Shown here piece after piece: positions 25,875 through 40,036 of a stretch of DNA of 64,000 nt (its first letter is position 1; every line of letters begins with the position of its first letter). The position numbers were made by a program, and so were the translations under genes. The stretch lies in the NCBI GenBank assembly GCA_047495785.1, contig JBLDXI010000003.1:3348001-3412000 (forward strand). Reading direction: 5' to 3'. The stretch comes from Lepidodermella squamata (taxonomy: Eukaryota; Animalia; Gastrotricha). The notes under the pieces were generated by a model. It did not search any database. It was given only the letters and a program-made list of their open reading frames with translations, and was not told where the DNA came from.

Positions 25875-26528
25875 CCGTGGTGTGGGGTAACTTGGCCGGA
25901 AATATGGTATTTTGAACCTATTACGTCTCCGGTATCTTGCTTCGCTTTATAAATTTGATACCAAAAAATCTCCGTTCAATTTTCAATCGATTGTTCAAAA
26001 CCCGGTCGACGACCGATAAAATCAATCGATTCTGTGGAGGTTGAAGTGATCTTGACCAAGTGGGATAACTTGGCCGTATGGCTATCTCATGCATTTCAGG
26101 CAGAAACTAGGCATCTGGCAGAAACTAGGGCGATGATTCATCACGCCCTCTCATGTCTAGGTCAAATTGTATTGCGCATTTCGCAGGTTAAAAATCGGCC
26201 AAGTTACCCCACAAAATTCAGGTAATTACCGCTCGCGATTGCGACATCAGTTTTCAGGGGGTCATTTGAAAGATATCACCGAGGGGAATCTTTCTGTGAA
26301 ATCCCAGAATTCCTTATAATTAATGCTCAAAATCTCAGCGCCTAAAATGAACGAGTTGGTACTGACCTTCCTTGTCATTTAAAAAACGATTTTCGAATTC
26401 GGTAAACAGGGAGTTGTAGCTCAGATGGCAAGCAATGTTCCTGTGAAAGAAATTTCGTGAAAATGGTTTTTCTCGATGTGATATCGACCAGAAGGCGACT
26501 TTTACGGCCAAGTTACCCCACGCCACGG
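25875..26528. mobile_element. Non-autonomous Tc1/mariner/pogo-type DNA transposon (654 bp)
   Basis: TA target duplication on both sides. 24-bp TIRs CCGTGGYGTGGGGTAACTTGGCCG with one mismatch. Internal copies of the TIR core near 26060 and 26196. Confidence 0.85.
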
Positions 26529-26825
26529 TATTACATAGTTTTGGATTTCCGTCGCCGTGTTTGAAAAAAATCAAAGCCTGAAAAACGTGAAGTTTTATTG
26601 TTATGACAAAAGGTAAATATTTTGTTCAAGTTTCATGCAAATAAAATGATCAATCATTTGTTGTTTTTTGAATGTCACACAGTTTGTTATTGTCTTTGAA
26701 ATAAAGAAAATTCCGCAGTTTCAGGTTAAATAAAATTATAATAAAATCATCTGTATAGTATCAACATGTCGATTTTCATCGGTAAAACGAGTAAAATACA
26801 AGTTCATGTGTCATTTATCTCCGGG

Positions 26826-29800
26826 TTATTTATACGAATTTCCGGCAGGTCGCAGGCCGTTTCGCCTCTTCAGTGAGCAAGTGGCGCTGTTGCTTTTAGA
26901 GCCATGCCTGTGGTTACGGTTGTTCAGTTCCTCCTCGCGCATCGTGTTGAGCTTCGTGAAAATTTTCAGTACATTCAGACCAGCCCGCTTGCGAATGGGC
27001 GACGAGCTCGACTTCGATGAGCAGCGACGACGGCGCGACGACGATGACCTAGATTTAATCCTCAGTCGCGACAGTGACCTACTTTTCTTAACACGAGGGC
27101 ACTTCCACGGCTTGCGTGATGACGAGCTGCTTTTTCTACCCGAGCGGCCGCGACCTCGACTGCGCGAGCTTCGGCTGACTTTCACCGGAGGACACCCGCC
27201 GCCGCCACCCTGGTTGTTGCTCTTGCTGCCCTTCGGTTTGCTGCGGCTCCTGCTCTTCCGGCTGCGGCTTCGGCGACACGGCCGGCTACGGCTTGGTTTC
27301 TTCGCACACAGGCGCTTCAAACGGTCCTTGTTCACCTTGGTTTTGATTGTTTTGATTTCGAGGGTGAACGACTTGCCGCCGAAGCGAGTTCGCCGGTATT
27401 TAGGTGGCAACTTCCCGCCGCTGCTATTGCGAGCCTTCGAACAAGGAGATTTCGGCCCGGATCGGGATCTTGATCGCCTAGAAAAATCAAATAATTAAAT
27501 TTTAATTTTAATCAATTTCAAAATTTAATTAAAATGAAAGAAAAATTAAATCATTAAACAATTTAATTTTAATTTTTAATGATTAAAAAATTCCAAAGTA
27601 TTGGAACAAAGATTGGAATGAAAAAAAATACCTAGGTTTATGACCCGAATCTGGCTTGGAACCGAAAATCGGATTCGAGCTGGACTTTCCAGGCTTGCTG
27701 TTGGACTTGGACTTGCAGTTGCCGCGCGGCCGGTTGTTTTCGTGGCTCTTGCACGTCTTGTGGGGATTCTCCTTGCTCCGACTACGGCACCTCCAGGGTT
27801 TGCTGTTCGATTTCGATCGCGATTTGCTCTTGGATGGCCTATTATTTTCGTGGCTCTTGCAGGTCTTGTGCGGATTCCAAGGCTTTCGAGGCCTGCTGTT
27901 GGACTTGGATTTCGACTTGGAAGGCCGGTTGTTCTCATGACTCTTGCAAGTCTTATGAGGATTCCAGGGCTTCCAAGGTTTGCTGTTAGACCTTGACTTG
28001 GATTTGCTCTTAGGCGGCCGGTTGTTCTCGTGACTCTTGCAAGATTTGTGAGGATTCCAAGGCTTTCGAGGCCTACTGTTAGACTTCGATTTCGACTTGC
28101 TCTTGGGCGGACGGTTATTCTCGTGGCTCTTGCAAGACTTGTGAGGATTCCAGGGCTTCCAGGGCTTGCTGTTCGACCTCGATTTCGAATTGGACTTGCT
28201 CTTGGGCGGCCGATTATTTTCATGACTCTTGCAAGATTTGTGAGGGTTCCAAGGCTTCCAGGGCTTGCTGTTAGACCTCGACTTGGATTTGCTCTTCGGC
28301 GGCCGGTTGTTCTCGTGGCTCTTGCAAGTTTTATGAGGATTCCAGGGCTTCCAAGGCTTGCTGTTCGAGTTCGATTTGCTTTTGCGGGGTCGATTTCTTT
28401 CGTGGCTCTTGCACGTCTTGTGACGATCTTCCCTGCTCTTCGACTTGGAATTGCTTCTGCTGTTGCTAGGCAGATTCGGCCACGGGAAACCGTGTTTGCG
28501 ACGAAGGCCTTCGTGACTGCCACATCCCCTGTGCCTATCCTCTTTGCTACCACTCCGCTTCGGGAACTTCGGGAATGGCCAGCCAAACTTCCAACGGTCC
28601 AGCTCATGGCTCCGGCACGACTTGTGGCCTCCTCCCGGAGGGTTACCTGCAAAACATTAAGATCTCAATTAACTAGATTGAATACCGAATAGCCTAGAAT
28701 GGAGATAAAAATTGGGCTATTTAAAGGTGAGAAAACAGTTTGCAATTGTTATTTTTTCCTTAAAAATGAGTTAAATGAGTCTGAAAAACGAACTCGGAGG
28801 TGGCGGTGGAGGTGGCGGGGCAGGAGTTGGTGGCTTGTTCCGATCATGCTCGTGGCTCTTGCAAGACTCATGGGGATTCACTACGAAAAAAGTTCAATTT
28901 TAATAACTGCGATAAAAAATAAATAAAAAGGCCGCCGCCTTAAAGCGAGCGAAAAATTCGGCGAAATACATTTTCATTTTCGAACTCTAATATTGGAAGC
29001 AAGGATATAGAAACCATAATGACGTTGCTTGAACTTGCCGTTTAGGCAAAATTCCTCAAAATTCATAATTGAGTTTATAATGCTAAAAACCAGAGAAATT
29101 TTACCTGGCGGCGGAGGCGGAGGTGGCGGCTTCGGAGCAGGCGCAGGCGGCTTGTTTCGCTCCCACTCGTGGCTCTTGCACGAATCGTGGCGATTCACTA
29201 AACAAAGAAAACCAGTTATTAATTACACCAATCATCTATCTTCAAATTAAGAAATACCAATTTATGAATGATAAATATTTTACCTGGTGGAGGCGGAGGT
29301 GGCGGTGGGCTTGGCGGCTTCCGTTGCCACTCGTGGCTCCTACAGGTGTCGTGATTAACTTCAACAAAACAATTTCAATTCAATTTGTCAGAGAACGATA
29401 AAAAAATCGAGGAATTACCTGGTGGCGGAGGTGGTGGGCTAGGAGGACTGGGAGCGGGCGCGGGTGGCTTTCGCTGCCACTCGTGGCTCCTACACGTGTC
29501 GTGATTTACTTGATAAAAAATGATCAAATCGTCAGAATATGTTAAAAAAAATAAAAAATAAAAAGGAATTACCTGGTGGCGGAGGTGGTGGGCTCGGAGG
29601 GCTTGGAGCAGGTGCGGGTGGCTTTCGCTGCCATTCGTGGCTCCTGCAAGTGTCGTGATTTACTAGATAAAAAAGGTTTAAATTACATATTTCAATCAGA
29701 CTCTAAGTGAAAAGTAAAAGAAATTGAGATTTTACCTGGTGGCGGAGGTGGTGGACTCGGAGGACTGGGAGCAGGTGCAGGTGGCTTTCGCTGCCATTCG

Positions 29801-30875
29801 TGGCTCCTACACGTGTCGTGATTTACTTAACAAAAATAATTTCAATTATCAATCAACAATTTTCAAGAAATTAGAATGAGCATTTACCTGGGGGTGGAGC
29901 CGGCCGAGGAGCAGGCGCTGGCTGAGGTGCGGGCGCTGGCGGCTTTCGCTGCCACTCGTGGCTCCTACACGTGTCATGATTCACTGAAATAATTAAAATA
30001 AAAAATAAATTATCCTAAAAATAATATCAATAATAAATGCCAATCTCAATAATATCCCGTGTTTTCGCCATTAATTTGAAATATCCCAAAAATCCCTGAA
30101 AAATAACAAAAACCCCCGACAATACCCTGAACTTTGACCTCGGAAGGGTCTGACATTTTTTGAGCTTGTTGGACATTTTTCAGGGCTTTTTACCATCATT
30201 TTTCAAGGTTGTTTTAGGATATTTCAAATGAATAGCAGCAACACCCGGATTTGTGTTCGGGATTTTTACCAGGTGGTGGTGGCGGCGGGGGTGGAGGCGC
30301 GGGTGCCGGGGGCTTGTTTCGCTGCGATTCGTGGCTCCTACATGTGTCGTGGCGATTCCCTGAAATGAGCCAGTAAATTACGATAAAATAATATTCAGGT
30401 AAATTGTTTACCTTCTCTGCTCCTGGAGCCGCGACCAGCTACAACAATTTCAACAAATCAATCAATTTCTCCACTAATTTAGCGATCTTACATGTTGGCG
30501 ATTGAGGACGACCGCCTAGAAAGCCGAATCGCGATTCAACCAAAGTAGGCGGCTGATCTTCTCCCAAATCGACAGCAGCATCTTCTTCAGGCGGGTTATC
30601 TCCTGGTTGAGCCGGTTGTTGAGTCGTAGGCGGCACTGGTGGTTGGGTTGTTTGTTGAATTGGTGCCGGATTTTCGACAACGTCACGCCGATTTCGCATA
30701 GCAACAGCTCTGTTGCGCCATTTATTCCATCTAGGCTTATTGTTTGGACCAGCGCCATCGCTCATCGCTATATCGAAAAAATCGAGTTAAGACCCATTTT
30801 ATCTCAAAGGTAAAAAAAATACACACCGACAAGGCTGATGATGGTCACCAGGGTGACCACAAGACTGCTCCGCAT
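26826..30875 (-). CDS. Secreted cluster gene D: 13-exon protein with 18 H-x-x-C-x-x-H-E repeats, poly-Pro linkers and an Arg/Lys/Ser-rich tail; ~909 aa
   Basis: Exons 30875-30827, 30767-30492, 30438-30412, 30359-30270, 29983-29888, 29825-29736, 29662-29573, 29508-29419, 29358-29284, 29197-29105, 28880-28794, 28646-27632, 27477-26826; total 2,730 nt. Signal peptide MRSSLVVTLVTIISLVAMSDG, then PRWNKWRNR and a furin-like RNRR site. The true frame of the 1-kb exon (NPHKTCKSHENNRPPKSKSKSRSNSKPWKPW repeats) is absent from the ORF track. Confidence 0.85.
28794..30359 (-). repeat. Array of eight duplicated phase-1/phase-1 mini-exons (75-96 bp), each encoding NHDTCRSHEWQRK-like + poly-Pro
   Basis: Each block is bounded by AG and GT, has a length that is a multiple of 3, and the exons are near-identical while the intervening introns are divergent and AT-rich. 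Confidence 0.9.
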
Positions 30876-30976
30876 GGTAAAACTTGTCGGACAATGATTA
30901 AAATGTAGATGAGTATAAAAAGGATAAAATAAAGTAAAATGAATAAAAAAAATTACAATTCAATATTGCTGGCGAC

Positions 30977-31031
30977 TTTTATAAACATGCGTGACCGGCA
31001 CGCGATGTTACAACTACGGTGCGCACACGCG
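30977..31031 (-). promoter_or_regulatory. Putative promoter of gene D: TATA box plus two CACGCG sites
   Basis: TTTTATAAA at 30977-30985 (TATAAAA on the minus strand) about 100 bp upstream of the ATG; GGCACGCGA at 30997-31005; CACGCG at 31026-31031. Similar motif pairs lie upstream of the other six cluster genes. Confidence 0.5.
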
Positions 31032-33335
31032 CCCGTTACGCAATATTAACAGAAGTAATAAACACCAGGCTGGAACAGTAGGCTCATCTTAAAAAAAACT
31101 CGTGTTCGTCTGCGCAAATATGTCACCTTCCAACAAATTTGTCTCGAAAGAGGTCACTTGTAATCTCAAAGTTATGTCTCATAAATCATCAATCTGATCT
31201 AAATAAATTTTCAGGCAACATGTAGTTTTTATCGGCCCTGAAGAATTTATGACCAAATCTCGGCATTTTATTTCTTGAAAAGTCTGAAATTCCCAGGTTC
31301 GATTCGTGATGGCCGATCATCGTTTTTTGTAGATTTTTTCCAATTTCCATGATATGCCAAGACGTTGGAAGATTTACCTAAAATCGCGTGCTTCAACCCA
31401 GGTAACAATAGCGATATTGTGGATACGTTAGTTCTACGGAGATAGCTTCGATAATTTTCGAATCTTGTAACAGGCAAGGCTACTAAAAATTGACAGAAAT
31501 TTCCCGGCATTCAAACAAATATACCGAGGCCAATTTGCTACAAGAAATATTATTAAGGATAGTTGGAAAACGGCTTCAATCGCTTGGATTCTATAGAAGC
31601 CTACACAGGGAATCGATTCCGCAAATATGCAATAGTTTCTAGGGCCTGTATTGGGCTAAAATCTATAGTTGTTAAAAGGTGGGTTCCGATCAACTATATA
31701 TTATCAGAAATGGGCCGACCTTGGGCCCATTGACTTCCTGCCTTGAGACGAAGGCCTGCCTAACATAGGCCCAAGGGTTTTTGACTATGGGATTTATTCG
31801 AAACTGGAAGCTAGGCATGATTTTAAAACTGAACTTTGAAATTGTTCTTCGAAATAAAAAGCGATCGGCGGAATTTTCTCATACTCCAGAGGTCGACACT
31901 ATACCGTCTGATCGACAAAGTATTGCATAAATCTGAGTAACGTATTTTTTCGAATAAGGGACGCATCCGATTGATCACCGCAAATATTTAGCTTTTTGCC
32001 GGAGAAAATTAGCGACAAAAAGGTCGGACCTGAATAAATAGCGGGCAACAGAAGAAAGATTTTAACAAATTTGAAATTCGAAGCAATAATGAAAATCCAA
32101 GGTTGAACAAAAATACTGAAAAAAACTTAGATAATTTAGTGTCAATGGACGTGCGATAGTGAGCTGAAAGTAGGACGACGCAGCAAAAGCTTGTTAGTGG
32201 CTTCGAAGTGTGATCATTATTTCGTAGGGGTGCGCAACAGGCTGTCCCATGAAGAGAATATTTTTTGGGAAAATTATTTAAAGCGTTTTTACTGAATCCG
32301 GAGCATGCTTTTCTGCGCGCCCGTTACGTTCAAGTCCGTGAACAATAAGTGTAACGAGTAGAAAAATGGCGGCAAAATCTGATGAAATTATTGATTACAA
32401 GATTGACTGCAAATTATGAACGGGATTCCATAAAATGTGACGTGATTTCGGAAATCAACGTGTAACGGGGTTTAAGGCTGCTCGGATGAATCTTAACACA
32501 CCTTGCACCACATGCGTTAGTATTCCGGTTAGTCTTATAGCAGCCTTATTATATTCTGGTAACTGAGACTATCACGTAAATCACGGTAAATTAACTTTTA
32601 CCAGGCGCAGTTGATCGCGATAAACTGATGTTTTTAATGCCGGACAAAACTGGATTAATTAAGGTGCGTGAATATTTAAATGAGGGTCATGGGTCATAGC
32701 TCATTTTTGAGTGCAAAATGAAAGAAATAAAGAAAAACCAAAAAGGTTGTGCAATTCGAACTCTCGATACTGAATCTAGCTCTTAATGCATTACTACAAA
32801 GGCAACGATTTTCAATAATCTGAAAGTTTATCGGCATCTCTGTATGTCTGACCGAAGTTACCGAGGACAATTGTTATTCATGCGGAAATTTGCCGGTTGA
32901 AATTTTTCCAACTACCCCACTGCAGTTGTCCAATTATGATCAACTGGTTATTCTCGAGGAAAACAGCTTATTATGATTCAAAGCGATGAGATTCTGGAGA
33001 AAAGTGAACTTCGAATCGTTTCCAGCTACCTATAAACTTTTCACTCAAGATCGAAAACGACATCGAAACAACATATTGATATATCGATAAAATGTATTTT
33101 TATTATTGCATTTGTATTTATCAAGTCGTTTGCAAATAACGGCAATATATACCACGGTGATACGAAGGATAAAATTTTAAAATATTATAATATCAAGAAA
33201 AAAAGATAATTTTTTTATTGCTGGCAAAATAATTTTAGCGCAATAATGATTTGACATGTTTTGCATGAGTTTTAGCAGTTATAATGTGTCGCCAGAGATA
33301 AATATTCTGTATGATTCAACGTGCTTAGGAATAGG

Positions 33336-34864
<1,529 letters not shown>

Positions 34865-35681
34865 CTGCTTGTTTATTAATGTCAGTCTAAATAAAAAATT
34901 AGTGAAGCAGATGATTATTATTCTGAAATATTTTCAAGAATAAATACAGATTTTTTGGCCATCCCGTAAAATTGCTAACATCGCTTGAAACGGCTCAGTA
35001 GCGGAATAAGCCTTAAGCCTCCTAATTCAAACAACTAAAGAACAATCTAGGAAGAAAAACAGAACAAGAAAGTGAGGATAATTCCCGGGCAATAAACCTG
35101 AGCGATATTGTTTGTGTTTGAGCAATTTGGTATGTTTGTATCGTTTCGGAGCACGTGCGACCGAGATCGCGTGTTTTTTCAATCGCACGCTTTTTTTCGT
35201 CACCGGTCTCATTTGCTGTCACCCTGTCGCATACCTCCTCTAATGAGGGATGAAACCTGTGCGTAGAAAACAGGAAACTCCTTGCTCTTTAATTTTTAAG
35301 AAATTTTTATTTATTTATATATTTCAAGATTTTCAAATTAAGAGGGGCGCCACGTGCTTTATCTTAATATATGTACCTTCAATTCACCAACAAGGTTTTA
35401 AGGTTCATCATTCAGGAGAAAAACATGTTTACGAAAAGACTGTCCGTTTTTAACCTTTCATGAGCGCGTGATTTAAAACTTGAGTCACACCAAAAATCGA
35501 AAATATCCACGGCCCTCGTTTCTCCAAGAAGTTGGGAAAACAATATCTCACTGAAAATCCATCCCATTCATTTGAAAATAGGAAGAGAAACAGGATTTTC
35601 CACTTTTTCAGCTTTTTGAAGGCTTTATTTTTCAAATAAACGTTTCAGAGCCTTAACAAATAATTTCCAAGTTCAAGTGAA

Positions 35682-37909
35682 TCAGGTCCAGCGATAAAGT
35701 GTTGGCCGACGTCTCAACAATTTATTAATGAGGCCATAATCTCCCACAATCCGCCATAAATTATTCTTGGCCTTATGCCTGATAGCATTATTTGGCCAGG
35801 GCTTAGAAGACTTGCTGCTGCTGTCACTCGAACTCTTGCCTTGAAGCGAATTAGACTTGCTTTGCCGACTGCTAGCATTTGACGCCGAGGAATGATCGTC
35901 GGGCTTCGAGTTCGAATTTGAATTCGAATTTTCACTCCATAGATTTTTCATTCTCTGACTTTTGGGACTTATCAAGTTGGGAAAATTCATATTATGACGA
36001 TGATGACCATGTCGCTGGAACTTCGGCTGACGATATTTCATAAAGCCACGTCGAACATGCAGTCTAGCATGCGATGACCGGTGGCCCCTTGGACAAGTCG
36101 ACGGCCATCGTCCAAGCCGTCTGAGCCGTAATCGAGGCCCTAGTGATCGTCGCAAACGAAGCGGTCCATTTATCCTTTGCTGTCTCGATCCAGAATAACC
36201 TAAGAAACGTGAAAAACATTTTTTGTAAATCGAAATGAGATAAAAAAATGGATGTGCCAAGTGCGCCCCTAGATTATCAGCCGTCGTGGAGCCCAAAATC
36301 GATAATATTTCTATGTAAATTAGGGCGCCAGGTACCTAAAAAATTCCTAGGTTCAGGGAGGGTATCATTTCGTATCGATCAAAAAACGATGAAAAATAAG
36401 AAATAAGATAAAATCAGTACCGGAACGCTTATTTTGGTGCTGGAACCTCATTTTTGGTGGTGCAAATATTTGGATCCTAAATAAATTTCAATTTTTGGCT
36501 GCAATAAATCTGAACTGATAAATTATTTTGGACGAGGCTATTCGGACACAGCGAAATGTGTGTCACGCAATGGCTATTCGAACACATTGTGTGCGCGCTT
36601 TTCGCTATTTGAACACACTGTGTATGCGTGATTGGCTACTTGAACACAGCGGTGTGTGCGCGGAAGTGGCTATTCGAACACACCCCTCGAAGTCAAGGAA
36701 TAACGGTAATAGGCTAGCGATAAGACGGTAATTGAGCGGATTTAAGTCGGATTTAGCGTTTTTAGCATGCTTTCAAAGACTACCCCTGCTAGTGTCATGT
36801 ATTCTTGATTCCACACCTATCCTCACCGCCCGCGCCTCCAGTGGTATCAAGGGGTCTCACCTCGCCGCGCGCTTTTAAGACCGCTGGCAAGCCAAATTGA
36901 AATAAAACCGAAAGCTGACGTCCCGGAGTCAAGTTCGAGCTATCAAATCGCTAATTATCACTTGCAATCACGCCGCGCAGCAGCATTTTATCGGAATTTC
37001 GGCCAGTCTCGATGGCCGTGACCCAAAATCAAAGAGAGCGGCCTTTATTGCTTTATTGCTTTATCGCCTTTATTGCTGATGCTAATGCGCGCTCAAATTT
37101 TGGACCGGGTATTTTCCCGTTATGCTGGTATTTCGAGTTTTCGCATTATTGGCATTTTCCGGACTAACAAGAAGTTGTTAAAGTCCGGATTTCGGTGATT
37201 AGCAAGTGACTTGAGATGCTGTGTTCAAATAGCCGAATGCGCGCACACACCACTTCACGCCCACTTGTGTTCGAGTAGCCAGTCACGCACACACACTGTG
37301 TTCGAATAGCCATTGCGTGACACACAATTTTGTGTCCGAATAGCCACATCCAATTATTTTTCAAGACTTGAAAAGCATGAGTTTTTTTAAATAGGCAAAA
37401 TACCTGACTTCGATTTCCGAGACAGCCGTTTTCTTGGCTTAGGAATGCTGTTACTGCTCTTGCTATCCGACTTGGATGAACCTGATTCTCCACTTTTGGA
37501 GTTTCCAAGATTCGGATCAATCGCTGGATTATCTGGAGGTGAGGCAATCGAATTCGATTCAGATTTCGGTTTCAGCTTTGCTTTTTCGAATTTCGTGACG
37601 AAAATGGCCTTCTTCGCTTGATCCGGTTTGAAATCTTCCGTACGCTGATCCGCTCTCAAAAATGGTTCGGTTTCCTTCTCAGTTTGGCTTTCCTGTTTTG
37701 AATCAGTTTTAATCAACAATAAATGATTGCCCATATCTCTTACAGATGTGTCAATATTGAACATATTGGCTGGCGTAGTTGGTTCAATATCATCGCCATG
37801 ACCTAAAAAAATCAGGAAAATCTAGTAAAATTTGAAACAAATCAAGAAAAAAATTACCTGCTGAAATAACAGCTAAAATTAGAAAGCAAGTAGCGGCGAC
37901 TCGTTTCAT
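35682..37909 (-). CDS. Secreted cluster gene F: signal peptide, acidic then Arg/Lys/Ser/His-rich region; ~322 aa
   Basis: Exons 37909-37858, 37802-37404, 36199-35682, phase-1 introns. MKRVAATCFLILAVISAGHG. C-terminal HKAKNNLWRIVGDYG. Confidence 0.75.
36530..37351. mobile_element. Non-autonomous Mutator/Foldback-like transposon in intron 2 of gene F (822 bp)
   Basis: 9-bp TSD AATTATTTT (36521-36529 and 37352-37360). TIRs GGAYGWGGCTATTCGGACACA with ~150 bp of subterminal GGCTAYTYGAACAC repeats in inverted orientation. Confidence 0.9.
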
Positions 37910-38281
37910 GTGTCACCACTTTCAACTGAAAAAAGTTGAACTGACCATCTAATGAAAATGGAATTGACACAGATTTATTGTGTTTCTTCATTTCCGCGGT
38001 ATGAAAATCGAAAATCGAAATAATTTGAAAAAGAGGCACGTGTATGTCGCGTGTGAGTGTGCTCTCCTATCATTCACCAATTTTCGATAAAAAAAATAGA
38101 GCGGAAACGTTTCAACTGGTTTTCAAATTTTATTGCATAATAACAGAATAACATGGATCGAAAAAATAAATAATTCAATTTTCCAGCCGGATGCTAATCA
38201 TAACAGAAAACACGATGTTGCAATAACGATAATTTGTGTATATAACGAGATAACGATGAATATATTTAATTCGCATTCCGA

Positions 38282-39061
38282 CTAATTGTCCTGAACGCCG
38301 ATGATTGGGCGTTTTTTATCAGCGCCAGTGAGCTTGCCAACTTTTTGGAAAATTTTCAGCAAATTACGCCTCGCCTTCTTTTTCACCTGCTTCGACGCAC
38401 TTCCCGACACGCTATCAGTGATTCTCGGGACTGCAGTTGTAGTCGCCTTCTTCGAACTATGCGAGTGACGCTTCTTTCCAAGTCGACGTGATGGCTTTTG
38501 ACTTTGAGCTTTGATGTGGCGCTTATGCCGGTCGCGCCGTGATTTCGAACAGCTTGAATAAGATCGCCTGAGCCGCTCGACCTTTGCGCGTTTCAGCTTC
38601 GGATAACGCCGTCTCGGCCTCATAACTACAACATAGCTCCAATCCATGCTAGATTCGTACTCTGAAAAAATCATAATTAATTGAGGAAAATATTTAAATA
38701 ATTATAAATTTATTAATTAATTAAATTTTAAAAATTTCAATGAAATTTATTAAAAAATTGAATTTTAAAATTAAAAAAAATTGTCTAACTTGAGCTGCAA
38801 CTTGGCTTCTTGACAACGCGGTCTTTTTTGCACGACCTTGACTTCGACTTGGATTTGCCGCAATTTTTATTATTGGCGCCGCACGGCGGAGGAACGTAGG
38901 CCGAGGCAGACGCTGAATTGGACTCTGAAGGCAATTTAACGTTGAACATCGGCTTGACGCGCGGATCCTTTGGCTTTTGTTGCTGCTGCTGTTGAGGTGG
39001 TCTCGGTGGAGCGACTTGAGGTGGTTGTTGTTGCTGCTGTTGTTGCTGTTGCTGTTGCTGC

Positions 39062-39093
<32 letters not shown>

Positions 39094-39529
39094 TTGTTGA
39101 GGAGGTTTCGGTGGCGCGACTGGATTTTGCGGTGGCACCTGTTGTTGAGCAGGTTGCACTGGCGCAGGTTTATTAGTATCAGCCGCTCCGTTTTGAGGCT
39201 TCAACTCAACTATTGGGACTACCATCTCAGTGATCTCAGTCGGCTCATCACTTTCACTTTCAGACAGCTCGTTGGGATCTATAATTGTCGGTATCTCAAG
39301 ATTCAGAGGCTTCAGGTTAATACTGAGATCGTCGCCAGTTTGAATAACCGGCCGAGCTGCTGATGGAATTACTACGGGCGGCGCGGTGACATTGGTTGGA
39401 TTTTGACTCGATACTGAACATTTAAAAAAAAAAATCGTAAAATTTCAAGCTGCCTACAAGCTATTTATCATGAAATTTACCTGAACAGAATGCAGTTAAG
39501 AGACCGGCTAAAATAACATGACGTATCAT
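38282..39529 (-). CDS. Secreted cluster gene G: paralog of gene E (poly-Gln, Lys/Arg/Ser tail); ~350 aa
   Basis: Exons 39529-39481, 39413-38790, 38661-38282. MIRHVILAGLLTAFCSVSS. Shares QQQPPQVAPPRPPQQQ and KKARRNLLKIFQKVG...RPIIGVQD with gene E. Confidence 0.8.
38978..39098 (-). repeat. Poly-glutamine (CAG/CAA) tract in gene G
   Basis: (TGC/TGT)n on the plus strand. Confidence 0.9.
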
Positions 39530-40036
39530 TCTAGACGTTCATAGGCAATGAAAAATCTATGGAATCCGAAGTTTCATTACCGGCTCGTTTGTTGAAAAAA
39601 TAATTTCCGCGAATTTGTAGGTGTTGTTATGAATGATATTTTAGGCACGTGGACGGTTAAATCGCGCGATTGAAAAAAGTCCGATTGTCACTAGATTAAT
39701 AAGAGCATGAAAAATTTAAATGACACCATTCCTGGCAGAAAATAAGTTTGAAATTTTGCGTAAACAACGTGTCGGCGGTTAAATTGCAACTGTCCGCTGT
39801 TCACCTTTCTTGATTTCAGCTTGAAAGGCTTAAAAATGTGTTTTAATATAACCTAGTAGCCTTGGAGATAAGCTTTCCAGCGGTACCAAACATGAAGCAC
39901 TTTGAAATATGCCTGATTTTTTTTAAATTTAAAATTGCGTGTCTCTGAAATCTTTCAATTCCAAGCCAATCCGAATTCCACTTGATTTCCAAAACTAAAC
40001 TTTTCGGTGAAGCTGCAAGTTCATTTATTGAAAAAT

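Noticed and set aside
27576-28692. ORF-track proteins 27576-28652 (-), 27640-27996 (+) and 28030-28692 (+)
   Set aside because: Wrong frames; splice phases select the HxxCxxHE frame.
30050-30250. Imperfect inverted repeat in a gene D intron (ATTTGAAATATCC arms)
   Set aside because: Probably an old MITE remnant; ends cannot be defined.
28794-30359. Repeat-spacer pattern resembling a CRISPR array
   Set aside because: The repeats are GT-AG-bounded exons and the spacers are AT-rich introns.
31050-33300. Long intergenic stretch with weak inverted repeats (~31640-31780)
   Set aside because: No supported ORF, TIR/TSD pair or RNA structure.
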